Shown one piece after another: positions 27,655 through 41,436 of a DNA stretch of 64,000 nt (its first letter is position 1; each line of letters starts with the position of its first letter). The notes under the pieces were generated by a model. That model was not told where the DNA came from, did not search any database, and was given only the letters and a program-made list of their open reading frames with translations. The stretch covers positions 320,478,001-320,542,000 of the forward strand of contig OZ024741.1 in the NCBI GenBank assembly GCA_964016885.1, in the 5' to 3' direction. The position numbers were made by a program, and so were the translations under genes. This DNA is from Eledone cirrhosa (lineage: Eukaryota).

Positions 27655-28502
27655 ATAACAACTAACAGTGCTGCGATCGAATGTGGCTTTTTAGCCCAGC
27701 CAATGATCTACAATGTCTTGCACAGAGTCGTCAACCTAAACATTCACTGGGAATAGTCGGCTGTGATTGGAGTTCGTGTACTTTTGCATGTCGCTTGAGC
27801 CCTCCTGCTGATTTACATTCTTTACCACATGTTTGGCAAGCATGATGAGTAGCATCTCCAACAGCAGCCTGGTAGTCAACCACTGGTCTTACTTTATGAC
27901 TGCGAAGATGACTTTCGAGTCCAGCTTTGCTTAGGCAGAGTCTCGCACAGACGCTGCATGTCAGCACCATAGGAGGACCCTCGCCGTCTGGAAGTGCAAC
28001 AGCAATGCCCTTCCTCACATCCCGCTTTACTTTCTCGTGTGCGATTCGAGATGCCTCAAAGGCAATTTTTCCCTCATATACAGTCTTTCTCCATTTATTA
28101 CGATCAGCAGCAATATTTCCCCATGTATCAGCAGAGATGTTAGCGTCTTTCAGAGAGGCTTTCAAGGAATCCTTATACCTCTTTTTTGGTTTATGTGGCG
28201 GTCGTTTTCCTTTAACCAACTCTCCATAAAAGAGTTGTTTTGGTATTCTAGAATCCTTCATCCTGGCAAGGTGACTACTCCAACGGAGTCGTTGCTTAAG
28301 CACAATAGCTTCTATACTGTCACACATAGAGCTTTCCAAAATCTCGACATCACTGATGTGGTCCCTCCACTGAACGCCATGGATCCGTCTGAGACACATC
28401 TGATGGAAACGCTCCAATTGCTTAAGGTGGTGTCGATATGTGACCCAGGTCTCGCAGGCATAAAGAAGACAAGAGAGTACACATGCCCTGTGCACCCTTA
28501 CC

Positions 28503-28503
<1 letters not shown>
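27655..28503 (-). mobile_element. RTE-clade LINE 3' fragment with C2H2 zinc fingers
   Basis: LLYACETW, LERFHQMCLRRI, RLRWSSHLARM..SRIPKQLFYGEL, DRNKWR; fingers CSVC..H..H and CQTC..H..H, and a third finger disrupted by TGA. Confidence 0.9.
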
Positions 28504-28533
<30 letters not shown>

Positions 28534-28593
28534 CATACATACATACATACATACATACATACATACATACATACATACATAAATACACACATA

Positions 28594-29270
28594 TAGCCCC
28601 GATAATAAACACATTAAAAGCTACAACAATGTGGAAGACATCCATGTACATAATATGAAAGAGTACTGGTGGAATGTTCCAGTAAAAAAACCAATAAATG
28701 ACGGCATAACAGACCAGATATTATGATATGGGACATGGAGAAGAAAACATGCACAGTAGTGGAAATTAGCTGCCTAGCAGATGCCAATATAATATCAAAG
28801 ATTAGCGAAAAGGAGAATATTTATGCAGAACTGATGAGAAATCTGCAGATACTCCACCCTGATTACACCTTCAGATTTATGCCTGTGATTATTGGGGCAC
28901 TGGGATATGTTAGTAACTGCCTCAATACACATCTTGAGACGCTAGGCTTCACAGGAACAGAATGAACACAACTAGTTAGTAAGTTACAAGTACAATCCAT
29001 TAATGGAACAGTAAAAATATGTAAAACATTCCAAAGATTTTGCATCTAACAACTGCATATACACATGTACAGATACAAAGCATATACACATGCACAAATA
29101 CAACTCAAAACATACACATCCACGCATACAATAACATCCATATCTACACATGCATGCATACATAATCTACCTAGTTGGTGTGTAAATTCCAATCAGAGAG
29201 TCTTGTGTCTATGTTAGACACCGACTCTCTCTCTATTGGGAAAAATTGGTGAAATGATATAATCAGAAGA
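28594..29270 (+). mobile_element. 3' fragment of the (CATA)n-associated R4-like LINE
   Basis: Matches 37053-37729; ends CAGAAGAA followed by CATA. Confidence 0.85.
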
Positions 29271-29284
29271 ACATACATATATAA

Positions 29285-32090
29285 AGATTTCAACAGAAAT
29301 AAAACGACACAAAATGTCCCATCGTATATTTCACGAATAGAAACAAGTTCGCTGACCTACGAAAAACTATCGGTCATGTGACAGTGCTTATAACATGATT
29401 ATCACATGTAAACAAAAACAAATTAATCTACGCTCCGCGAGCGAAAGATAAAATAGAAATGATGTTTGGAGACAGTCCTACGAGAACTCTTCAATAGCAG
29501 CTGATCACCTACAAGCAAGAGCTGAGAGAACTCGGCGAGAAACTCCGATAACAGAAGAGAGTGGCTTTAAGGAAAATTATTGATAAACTGAAACCAAACT
29601 ATCTATAGAGATATGGGGATCCAATCAATAAATGTCACTGAGGCCCCCTCTCAGAAAGACATAGATTCTTTCTAGAGAAAAATATAGAGTGAGGAAAAGA
29701 AATTCAACTAAGATACAGTGTGATTTAAAGAGATCTGAATATACTATTGCCTCAACATCACACCAAAAGATTACAGCAACACGAAGAGACTCAATTATTG
29801 TCTACTGGTACAAAAACACTGACTTTCTATCGGATGTATCTTGTCAATCTTTACGAGCAAGCTCTCAAGGGAGATATATACATACTAAGCTGGTTGAGAT
29901 TAGCAGAGAGAATATTGTTTTCCTAAATACAAAATCTACCAACTTATTGCTTGCCAATGTACACAATATATACAACCTATCTGAACCTGTTCACCACAGA
30001 TGAGCAAGCACCTGGGGAAAAGAGGTTGGGGTGTGCTGAACCGAGATGATAGAGGTACGACGACATATGAGGAACTTGGTTACAGAGGGGTTGAACTACT
30101 GGAAAGCATTTTATTCTCCTCCTCATTCTTGGATGCTTGGGGCCCTTCGACTTGATAAAGTCCCAGATACCGTTATCAGAGCCATAGTGTATCTCTCTAA
30201 TTTCTGGGTCTCCGTTCCAATGTTAAATACAGAGATGAAGGAGGCTATCTTCACTGATAGAATATCGCAAAGAAATAGTCTCAAAGTGTTATTTATATTA
30301 TTAAAACTATTATTCTTTCTGCTGAAGATATATGAAGGATACATAATTGGTTCACAGTAGAACAGGAATACAAACCTAATCCATAACTTCTTTATGGTTG
30401 ACCTGAAACTCTATGCCAAGAACATCAATGGGATGAAGAAATCCCTTGGCCTGGTTACAACATTTTCGAAAGATATTGGAACGGAGTTTTGTGAATATAA
30501 ATGTTCATATATGATTCTAAAGCGGAGAAAATACTACAAGCCAATCTCGCAACATTTTTTAACAATAGCCTAACTGTTTCACCAGTATCAAACGAGGAAT
30601 GTTACAATTAATAGGGAATAAATGAAAATATATCCTATGATAGTATTTGTAGCAAGGAACGCGTAACCACGGAATATAATACCCGAATTATAAATGTATG
30701 GTCTTCTGAATTCTCTGCACACAATAAATCAGTGGCCCACAATGTGTTTGCTGTGTCTGTACGGATACCAACATTTGCAATACTTAATTGGAGGCTAGAT
30801 TAAATCTGAGTTTTTGAGGTTAAATCCCGAAATTTTCTATCCGGTACCCAAAATTTCCACCTCGTTAGTGGCAAAGACTGCCACTACTTGAAACTTAAAT
30901 AGTTAAGCAGAAGCTTAACATCAGTTCAGACAGTATTTCAGTGTCGCATCGTATCCTCCTGACAACATCTACGAACTATCAAGCGTAGAAGGCCATCCAT
31001 AAAAAAGTCTTTCTACATGAGGCAGATAACATCATGAAAGTTGGGAAAGAGCTTCTTCAGAAATCCATGGAAATTGCACAGCAATACAGCAATGAATCCA
31101 TGAATGAAAAGCTGCATGCTTATCGGCAAAAACTAATTCATAGTTATGTTACTAGAAAACTCCAAAGTGAGAGCAATATAGATACGCAAGGTAGTCTACC
31201 TTGAACAGGAAATACCTATAAAATACCTGATTCACAAAAGAGATAGGCAAAACACCTAGATATGACAAAAGATGCAGACTGCGGAATTAACATCGGAGAA
31301 ATCACCCATATCATAAGCAATAATCAAAAGATGTCATCACGATACTATCTACCTATGAGGCATGAATATTATACAATGCAATGTGCAGAAAGGATAACCC
31401 TGAAAATAAACATATTAAAAGTTACAGCAATATGGAGAATATATACATACATAATATGAAAAAGTACTGGTGGAATGTTCCAGTCAAAACTTCAATAAAA
31501 TGCAAACACAACAAACCAGACAGAGTTATATGGGACAAAGAAAAGAAGGTATACACACTAGGGGAAGTCAGATCCCCAGCAGATGCCAATATGATGTTAA
31601 AGATTAGCGAAAAGAACATTCATGTTGAACTAATGAGGAATCTGCAGATACTCCACCCTGACTATAGTCAGGGTGGAGTATGTCGAGTTTTGAATCTGTG
31701 ATAGTGGCACTGACTCAGTATAAATCTTCAAAAGCTGGGCTTCACAGATCTGGAACAAGTACGGCTAGTTAGGACGTTATAAGTTCAGTCCATTAAATGA
31801 ACTGTAAAACTATGTAAAGCATTTCAGAAATTTTCTATGCAATAATTGCATAAACACATGTATACACAAAAACATAAGCACGTGTACACATATCTCAAAA
31901 CATGTAAATCTACACACACACACACATACATACACAGCACACACCCCAACACACACATGCACATACATGCACACATACACATACAGACGTAAAAACGTAT
32001 TTACCTAGTTTAACTCTAAATGTCTATGAGAGAGGCTTGTGCCAATGTTAGAAACCGGCTCTTTCGCTATTGGTGAACATTTATAAAATA
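29285..32090 (+). pseudogene. Old decayed R4-like LINE copy
   Basis: Collinear with 34447-37729 (WKAFYSPPHSW, HNKPD remnants); many stops and frameshifts. Confidence 0.8.
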
Positions 32091-32092
32091 AT

Positions 32093-32270
32093 TGTTTCTA
32101 ATTTTGGCGCAATGTCCGCAATTACCCCAGTGCATTACTGGCGCATTATTTTATCGAACCCGTAAAGATGAAAGGCAAAGTTAACCTCGGCGGGATTTGA
32201 ACCTAGACCGTAAAGGGCCTTAACTCAATGTTGCAAAGCATGGCGTCCAACACTCTACCGATACTGCCAA
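32093..32270 (-). mobile_element. tRNA-derived SINE
   Basis: Family core GATGAAAGGCAAAGTTAACCTCGGCGGGATTTGAAC. Confidence 0.8.
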
Positions 32271-32375
32271 AATAATAAAACTAAAACATAAATACATACA
32301 TACATTCATGAATGCGTACATTCATGCATACATATATATATACATATATACATACATGCATACATATGTACATGG

Positions 32376-32980
32376 TGGCTGCCAACTCGTTTTCGAGTAC
32401 GGCCACTACTTTATATCCATGTAGGAGAACCCCTACCGATGCGCTGAACAAGTGTGACTTTTTTGTCCAGCCAACGACTTGAAAACTCTGGTACAAACAC
32501 TACACTTGTGACAATTATTGACACATAGTGCTGGGCCCATGGTACCATGTGATGACAAGTGCAGAGAGATCTCCAGATATAAAGAAATGCCTGTGCTGTG
32601 AAGCTTTTATAGTGAGCAAAGGCACTGCACAAAGCCAGTCCCACTCTCTTAACCAAGATGATATTTACCAAAAAGAAGAACAAGTCAACATCATTGGATA
32701 CCATCAGGGTTGCAGGTGTTATATCAGAGTCTTCCTTCTCATAGAATTCTGCCTTGACAAAGGCTAAGGGGTCATCTCTCCGGTGATTTTGGATTGCCAT
32801 TGACGCTTAAGAGCTCCTTTGCCCTTTGACAGGTTTTGTTTTTAGTCCTGCAGGATGTCCAAAGTCACCCTCCTCACCAAGAAACGTTGGTGGGGTTGCC
32901 AGTATAGTCGCCAACGACCCGACCATGAGACAGGTTGTACTGGGATACATGTTACCAGTAGCACCAACTGGTGACCTGAC
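32376..32980 (-). mobile_element. RTE-derived non-autonomous element family A
   Basis: Copy of 10070-10676. Confidence 0.8.
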
Positions 32981-33157
32981 ATATACATACATGCATACAT
33001 GCATACATTACATGCATACATACATACATACATACATACATACATACATACATACATACATACATACATACATACATACATACATACATACATACATACA
33101 TAATGGCTGCCCCATCGTTATCGAATATGGCCATTGCACGATATAACATTATCAATA

Positions 33158-33776
33158 TAAGTATGTGTTACGTACATACATATATGTATACAGACGTACA
33201 GTAGTATGTATATATATATATACATACATGCACACATATATGTATATGTACGTATGGATTCACCGAACATTTATTATAATGCTCGGTGTGTTTGTAAATA
33301 AACATCCCGAATTAAGCCGTAGTGTCTAGCAACCATCGTTGCTCGTTTGTTCAACACTGACAAAGGAACGCTGTACTAGTTTCAAGCTTATTAGCTATCG
33401 TCAGCAACGTATACCTTCATGCCAGATGGTTGAACGTCTGAAAGTATATACTTTCCTTATGCATATTAACGGCTGAGCAGCCTAATTTGTATATCGAGTG
33501 AGTTAATCGACCGGGATACCGAAAACGATAAACGGAAAAAATGAAACCAAATTTCATTTCTCACTCTTAGTATGGCTGTTACTTAAATATAAGTATGTAT
33601 ACGTACATACATATATGTATACAGACGTACAGTAGTATGTATATATATATACATACATGCCCACATATATATGTGTGCATGTATATATATATATACATAC
33701 TACTGTACGTCTGTATACATATATGTATGTACGTATACATACTTATATTTAAGTAACAGCCGTACTAAGAGTGAGA
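33158..33776 (-). mobile_element. ORF-less hammerhead element: about 431-bp unit + about 80-bp partial repeat + fold-back, with 13-bp TSD
   Basis: 33155-33240 repeats at about 33587-33670; inverted repeat 33557-33778; AACATTATCAATA at 33145-33157 and 33777-33789. Confidence 0.75.
33369..33409 (-). ncRNA. Minimal type I hammerhead ribozyme
   Basis: Minus strand reads CGTTG-CTGACGA-TAGCT AATA AGCTT-GAAA-CTAG-TA-CAGCG; palindromic stem III ACTAGT; GUA triplet; U-U at the base of stem II. Confidence 0.8.
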
Positions 33777-34039
33777 AACATTATCAATAATTATCAATTA
33801 ATGATATGTGCAATGCTTGTGCTTGAAGATTTTTTTTTAAAGTGAGGAAAGACTGTGCACTGACCAATCCCACTCCCTGAGCGACAGTAGCTATAACACG
33901 AAAAGAAGAAAACATTAACATCATCGGTAACTACTGAGCCGCAGGATTTATGTCGGTGTTATCCCATACATACATACATACATACATACATACATACATA
34001 CATACATACATACATACATACATACATACATACATACGT

Positions 34040-34259
34040 ATACCAAACCGCTTGGACCAAAGTATGACCTAACTTGCATTTGTGGGAAAAGGGTGCAGCT
34101 CCCTAATTCATAGACTACAAACGGTCGCGATAGCTGGCACCTCCAAAATTTGCAAAACATTCTTTTGATTCAGGGGATGACAATTTCTTTTCTTTTAAAA
34201 CCTTGCAACCAGGAAGATGGCCGGTCAAAAATGTACTCGAAATTTAAAAAAAGAGAAAC
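34040..34259 (+). mobile_element. Short 3' fragment of R4-like LINE in (CATA)n
   Basis: Homologous to 20862-21082. Confidence 0.8.
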
Positions 34260-34446
34260 ATACATACATCCCAATAACTTATTTTAGTTATTGTTCGCGT
34301 TAGCGTGAGGTATCTGGTCTTTATTGCGAAGAAATACCTATGATGGCTAGTAGACCACTGATGATGGATAGTCTTGGCTTCTATTTCTAATTCTTCATTT
34401 TAATTTGTACATACATACATACATACTTACATACATACATACATAC

Positions 34447-37400
34447 GAATAAAAAACCAAATAATGAAATAATACGTGTTATTGACGAAATAGAGGATGA
34501 ATATTTACGACGGATAAAAACCCCAACATTTTGGCAAATCAACGCCTGTATATATGCCTTAGCAATGACAGTGAAGCATTATCTTGGTGATAGCAGGGAT
34601 ATTAACAAGAACAAAACACCACCAAAAATACCATCATATATAACTAAAATAGAAAAAAAGAGTGCTGACCTATGAAAAAACATAGGACATGTGATAATTG
34701 TTTCTACTTTAGGCACAAGGCCAGCAATTACCCAGTGCATTACTGGTACTTTATTTTATCGACCCCGTAAGGATGAAAGGCAAATGCTCCTTACATGCAA
34801 ACAAACACAAAAAAAACCTCACTCCTCACCAACAAAGAGTGAAAAATAAAATAGAGACGATGTTTGGTAACAGTAGAACCAGAACTCTCCAATATAAGCT
34901 GATCACCCTCAAACAAGAATTGAGAGCTGTTAGCGAAAAACGCCGATACCTGAAGAAGGTAGACGAGAGAAAAGTGCTTAATAAAAGATTCAGACGAAAC
35001 CAAACATCAGTCTATAGAGATATGAAGGGGAAAATAATAAGTGTCACTGAGGCCCCATCCCAGAAAGACATAGATTCCTTTTTGAGAAAAATATGGGGTG
35101 AAAAGAAGAATTTCAACCAAGATGCAGTGTGGCTAAGAGAAATCCGAAAGAACTATTGCTCCTACACTACAACAAAAACATACGAAATAAGTGAGGGTAC
35201 CCTTGAGACTGTGATAGGAAAACTCCAAGATAAGAAAACACCAGGAAGAGACATGATTGTCGGCTACTGGTACAAAAAACTATTCTATCGGAGGTATCTT
35301 ACTGACCTCTACCAACAAGTTCTTAAGGGAAATACACTTATACCAGAATGGTTGACATTAGCACAAACGTTACTGGTCCCCAAGAACAAAGACACCCACT
35401 TGGCAAAAAAACTACCGACCCATTGCATGCCAGAACCTGATGTATAAGATGTATACAGCCTGCCTGAACCTATTCCTCCAAGATCACTGTGAAAATAATA
35501 ACATCATCACAGATGAACAAGCAGCTGGAAAGTAAGGGGTTTGGGGATGTGCTGAACACTCCTAATCAACAAAACTGCGATGTCGGAGGTGCGACAACTT
35601 AGGAGGAATATTGCTACAGTCTGGCTGGAAAGCTTTCGATTCTGTTCCCCACTCTTGGATGGTAGAGGCCTTCCAATTTGCTAAAGGCCCAGACATTATT
35701 GTCAGAGCCATAGAGAAGCTGTCTTCTTCTTGGGCTACTATCCTAAGGTTAAATACAGAGAGGGAGGACTCTATTTTCACTGATAAAATAAAACATTGCA
35801 GTGGTATATTTCAGGGGGACAGTCTCTCTGTGATATTTTTGATCTTGTCATTAAACCCCTTGTCCTTTCTGCTTAAGAAATGTGAGGGATACATCATTGG
35901 CTCACAGGAGGACAGAAATACGAACCTAACCCATAATTTCTTTGTGGACGATCTGAAACTCTATACGAAGAACATGGATGGGATGAAGAAAAATCTTGAC
36001 CTGATTACAACGTTCACAAAGGATATAGGAATGGAGTTTGGCCAAGATAAATGCTCATACATGACTGTAAAACGGGGAAAAACAACAACCCAATATAGCA
36101 ACATTGTCATCAATGGTCTAACTGTTTCACCGATATCTGATGAGGACTGCTACAGATACCTGGGGATAGATGAGAACATATCCTATAATGGTATCTGTAA
36201 TAAATAACGCGTAACCAGGGAATACTACACCCGATTAAGAAAGATTTGGTCATCGGAACTCTCTGCGCAAAACAAAACAGTGGCTCACAATGTGTTTGCT
36301 GTGCCTGTCCTAACACCAACGTTTGGAATACTCAATTGGACGATAGACGAAATCCGAGCAGTTGATGTTGGAATTCGAAAAATACTGAACAACACCGGAA
36401 ACTTCCACATCAACAGTGACATAGACCGTCTTTATTTGAAACGTAAGCAGGGAGGCAGAGGCCTAACATAAGTCGAGACAACATTTGAATGTCGCATCAT
36501 ATCTCTCCGATAACATCTACGAACCACGAAGCGTAGGAGCCCGCTTTTCAAGCAAGTCTATCTGCATGAAACAGATAAGATCATGAGAGTTGGGAAGGAA
36601 CTCCACGAGAGATATTCCTTCTGTGATAATCAAAAACTCACACCCAAGGAAGTCGCTCAGCAGTATCGCAGTGAATCCATGGATGAAAAACTGCATGCCT
36701 ATCAGCAAAAAACCATGCATGGATATGTTGCCAGGAAGCTCCAGAGTGAGAGTAATATAGATAAGGAAAGTAGTCTATCTTGGACCAACAATCGCTATAT
36801 TGGCTCCGACTTTGAAGGATACGCTTTTGCAATCCAGGAACAGGAGATTAGCAGGAAATACCTGATTCACAAAAGAGATCGGGATGCAGGCAAAACACCT
36901 AGATGTGATAACAAGTGCAGACTCTGCAGAACTATCATCGAGGATATCACCCATGTCATCAGCAGCTGTCCAAAGATGTCACCGCCATACTATCTACCTA
37001 TGAGACATGATATAGTGGTCAAAACACTGTATAATACAGTTCGTAAAAAAGATAGCCCCGATAATAAACACATTAAAAGCTACAAGAATGTGGAAGTCAT
37101 CCATGTACATAATATGAAAGAGTACTGGTGGAATGTTCCAGTAAAAACCCCAATAAAATGCAGGCATAACAGACCAGATATTATGATATGGGACAGGGAG
37201 AAGTAAACATGCACAGTAATGGAAATTAGCTGCCCAGTAGATGTCAATATAATATCAAACATTAGCGAAAAGGAGAATATTTATGCAGAACTGATGAGAA
37301 ATCTGCAGATACTGATTACACCTTCAGATTTATGCCTGTGATTATTGGGGCACTGGGATATGTTAGTAACTGCCTCAGTACAAATCTTGAAAAGCTAGGC

Positions 37401-37729
37401 TTCACAGGAACAGAAAGAACACAACTAGTTAGGAAATTACAAGTACAATCCATTAATGGAACAGTAAAAATATGTAAAACATTCCAAAATTTTGCATCTA
37501 ATAACTGCATATACACATGTACAGATACAAAGCATATACACATGCACACATACAACTCAAAACATACACATCCATACATACTATAACATCCATATCTACA
37601 CATGCATGCATACATACATATCCACCTAGTTGATGTTGTGTAAATTCCAATGAGAGAGTCTTGTGTCTATGTTAGAAACCGACTCTCTCTCTATTGGGAA
37701 AACTTTGTGAAATTATAAAACCAGAAGAA
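34447..37729 (+). pseudogene. Decayed R4-like (RLE) LINE in (CATA)n, containing a partial SINE at about 34698-34785
   Basis: KAFDSVPHSW, GIFQGDSLS, FFVDDLKLY, GGRGL, CRLC..THVISSC, RHD, HNRPD; several stops. Confidence 0.88.
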
Positions 37730-37825
37730 CATACATACATACATACATACATACATACATACATACATACATACATACATACATACATACATACATACAT
37801 ACATACATACATACATACATACATA

Positions 37826-39640
37826 CGAACCTAACCCATAATTTCTTTGTGGATGATCTGAAACTCTATGCCAAGAACATGGATCGGATGAAGAAAAATC
37901 TTGACCTGGTTACAACGTCTCAAAGGATATAGGAATGGAGTTTGGCCAAGATAAATGCTCATATATGACTGTAAAGTAGGGAAAAAAAACAACCCAATAT
38001 AGCAACATGACATCAATGGCCTAACTGTTTCACCGATATCTGATGAGGACTGCTACAGATACCTGGGGATAGATGAGAACATATCCTATAATGGTATTTG
38101 TAATAAGGAATGCGTAACCAGGGAATACTACACCCGATTAAGAAAGATTTGGTCATCGGAACTCTCTGCGCAAAACAAAACAGTGGCTCACAATGTGTTT
38201 GCTGTGCCTGTCCTAACACCAACGTTTGGAATACTCAACTGAACGATAGACGAAATCCGAGCAGTTGATGTTGGAACTCGAAAAATACTAAACAACATCG
38301 GAAACTTCCACATCAACAGTGACATAGACTGCCTTTACTTGAAACGGTAAGCAGGGAGGCAGAGGCCTAACATCAGTCCAGACAACATTTGAATGTCGCA
38401 TCATATCCCTCCGACAACATCTACGAACCTCGAAGCGTAGGAGCCCGTCTCTCGAGCAAGTCTATCTGCATGAAACAGATAAGATCGTGAGAGTTGGGAA
38501 TGAACTCCTCGAGAGGTATTCCCTGTGTGATAATCAAAAACTCACACCCAAGGAAGTCGCTCAGCAGTATCGCAGTGAATCCATGGATGAAAAACTGCAT
38601 GCTTATCAGCAAAAAATCATGCAGGGATATGTTGCCAGGAAGCTCCAGAGTGAGAGTAATATAGATAAGGAAAGTAGTCTATCTTGAACCAACAACCGCT
38701 ATATTGACTCCCACTTTGAATGATACGCTTTTGCAATCCAAGAACAGGAAATTAACACGAAATACCTGATTCACAAAAGAGATAGGGATGCAGGCAAATC
38801 ACCTAGATGTGATAACATGTGCAGACTCTGCAGAACTAACATCGAGGATATCATCAGCAGTGGTCCAAAGATCTAATCGCGGTACTATCTACCCATGAGG
38901 CATGATGTAGTGGCCAAAACACTGTACAATGCTATCCGTAAAAAAGATAGCCCCGATAATAAACACATCAAAAGCTACAGCAATGTGGAAGACATCCACG
39001 TATGAAAGAGTACTGGTGGAATGTTCCAGTAAAAACCCCAATGAAATGCACGCATAACAGACCAGATATTATGATATGGGACAGGGAGAAGTAAGCATGC
39101 ACAGTAGTGGAAATTAGCTGCCCAGCAGATGCCAATATAATATCAAAGATTAGCGAAAAAGAGAATATTTATGCAGAACTGATGAGAAATATGCATATAC
39201 TGATTACACCTTCAGATTTATGCCTGTGATTATTAGGGCACTGGGGTATGTTAGTAACTGCCTCAATACAAATCTTGAGAAGCTACGCTTCACAGGAACA
39301 GAAAGAACGCAACTAGTTAGGAAATTACAAGTACAATCCAGTAATTACAAGTACAATGAAGTACAAAACAGTAAAAATATGTAAAACATTCCAAAAATTT
39401 TGCGTCTAATAACTGCATATACACATGTACAAATACAAAGCATATACACATGCACACATACAACTCAAAACATACAATACACATCCACATATACAATAAC
39501 ATCCATATCTACAAATGCATGCATACATAATCTACCTAGTTGATGTTATGTAAATTCCAATGAGAGAGTCTTGTGTCTATGTTAGAAACCGACTCTTACT
39601 CTATTGGGAATAAAATTGTGAAATTATAAAACCAGAAGAA
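37826..39640 (+). pseudogene. Tandem 5'-truncated copy of the same R4-like family
   Basis: Aligns to about 35920-37729; inserted in the (CATA)n tail of the preceding copy. Confidence 0.88.
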
Positions 39641-39689
39641 CATACATACATACTACATACATACTGCATATATACATACATACAAACAT

Positions 39690-40307
39690 GATGGCTGCCC
39701 CCTCGTTACCGAGTATGGCCATTGCACGATATACCATTATTAATAATTATTAATTAATTCTATCCTGCAATGCCTGTGCGTGAAGATATTTTTTAAAGTG
39801 AGGAAACACCGCGCTGAGCCAATCCCACTCTCTGAGCGACAGTAGCTATAACCCGAAAAGAAGAAAAGATCAACAGCATCGGTAACTACTGAGCCGAAGG
39901 ATTTATATTGGAGTTATCCCAGTTCCCTCAGTTGCTTTCTCCCAGAAGAATGCCCTGACAAAGGCTAGGGGTCCTTCACTTCCAGTGGTTTAACGGCGCG
40001 ATCAGGTGTCCAGTCCGACTATTTCTATGTCCCTGCGCATATACATACTCATGCACCCATGTATATACACATATACATATACATACATATGTACTTGTTT
40101 ATATACATATTTATACACTTTTGGATGGCCGTTGACTCTTATGAATTCTTCCGCCCTTTGTCAGGTATTGTTTTTTGTCCTGCAGGGTGTCCAAAATCAC
40201 CCTCCTCACCAAGTAAACTTGGTGGGGTTGCGGGTTTAGTCGCCGACGACCCGACCATGCGAAAGGTTGTACTGGGTTACATGTTGCCTGTAGCACTCAA
40301 GAGTGAC
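39690..40307 (-). mobile_element. RTE-related non-autonomous element family B (full length)
   Basis: 5' part homologous to family A (GGCGACTAAAC..ACCCCACCAAG); (CATA)n flanks. Confidence 0.78.
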
Positions 40308-40990
40308 ATACATACAACATACATACATATATACATACATACATATATGCATACTACATACAACATACATACATACATGCATACTGCATATAAACATACA
40401 AACATACATACGTTGATACATACATACTTACTGCATACATACAAATATACATACATACAAACGTACATACATACATACTCAAAACATACATACTAGATAC
40501 ATACATAAGGCATTTTATATGTACATCGATCTGTTATACTCTAATAGGTTGGAGAGAAAGTTAATTAGAAGATAACAAAAATATATTATTTATTGCGAAT
40601 TCTAACCGCCTTTAACAATGATTGTCAAAAATATATTTATTTCTTCCAAGTGATTATGTATATAATTATAGATTCTGGTTTTTCTAGTTATAAATATAGT
40701 CAGTTTTGCTAGGTTAAAGTCATAAATGAAGAATTATTGCTACTGGCATTACAGCTGAGGAAAATAGATGTTTGTCGTCGTTGTTGTTGTTCTTGTTGTT
40801 GTTGTTCTTGTTGTAGCTGTTGTTGGTGGTGCTGTTGTTCAATAAGAGCGATTTTCAAAACTTTTCTCTCAATAATCCAAGACATAGCCATATGGTTAAG
40901 AGCTTAGCTTCGCAACCACATGGTTCTCAGTCTATTTTCGGTATGAAGGACCTACGACTAAAATGTATGAGTTAAAGACTGTTCGGGAGA

Positions 40991-41378
40991 GCGTTGACTC
41001 TTATGGAATAACCTATAAGAGGCAACGACCATCCGAAAGTGTGTAAATATGTATATAGGCATGTACCATGCAGTTAAACCACTGGGAGTGAAGGACCCCT
41101 AGCCTCTGTCAGGCCATTCTTCTAGGAAAAGGCAACTCAGGAAACTGGGATAACTCCGATATAAAACCTGCGGCTCAATAGTTACCGATTATGTTGATCT
41201 TTTCTTCTTTTCGGGTTATAGCTACTGTTGCTCAGAGAGTGAGATTGGCTCGGTGCACAGTGTTTCCTCACTTTTAAAAATATCTTGACGCACAGCCATT
41301 GCACGATAGAATTAATTAATAGTTATTAATAACAGTATAACATGCAATGGTCATACTCGATAACGAGGGGCAGCCATC
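40991..41378 (+). mobile_element. Family B element (partial, opposite orientation)
   Basis: Reverse complement of 39690-40140 with a short 5' fold-back. Confidence 0.75.
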
Positions 41379-41379
41379 A

Positions 41380-41436
<57 letters not shown>

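Larger units (their letters stand above)
33103..33966 (-). mobile_element. Family B element interrupted by the hammerhead element
   Basis: 33103-33157 and 33777-33966 join into a family B sequence. Confidence 0.7.
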
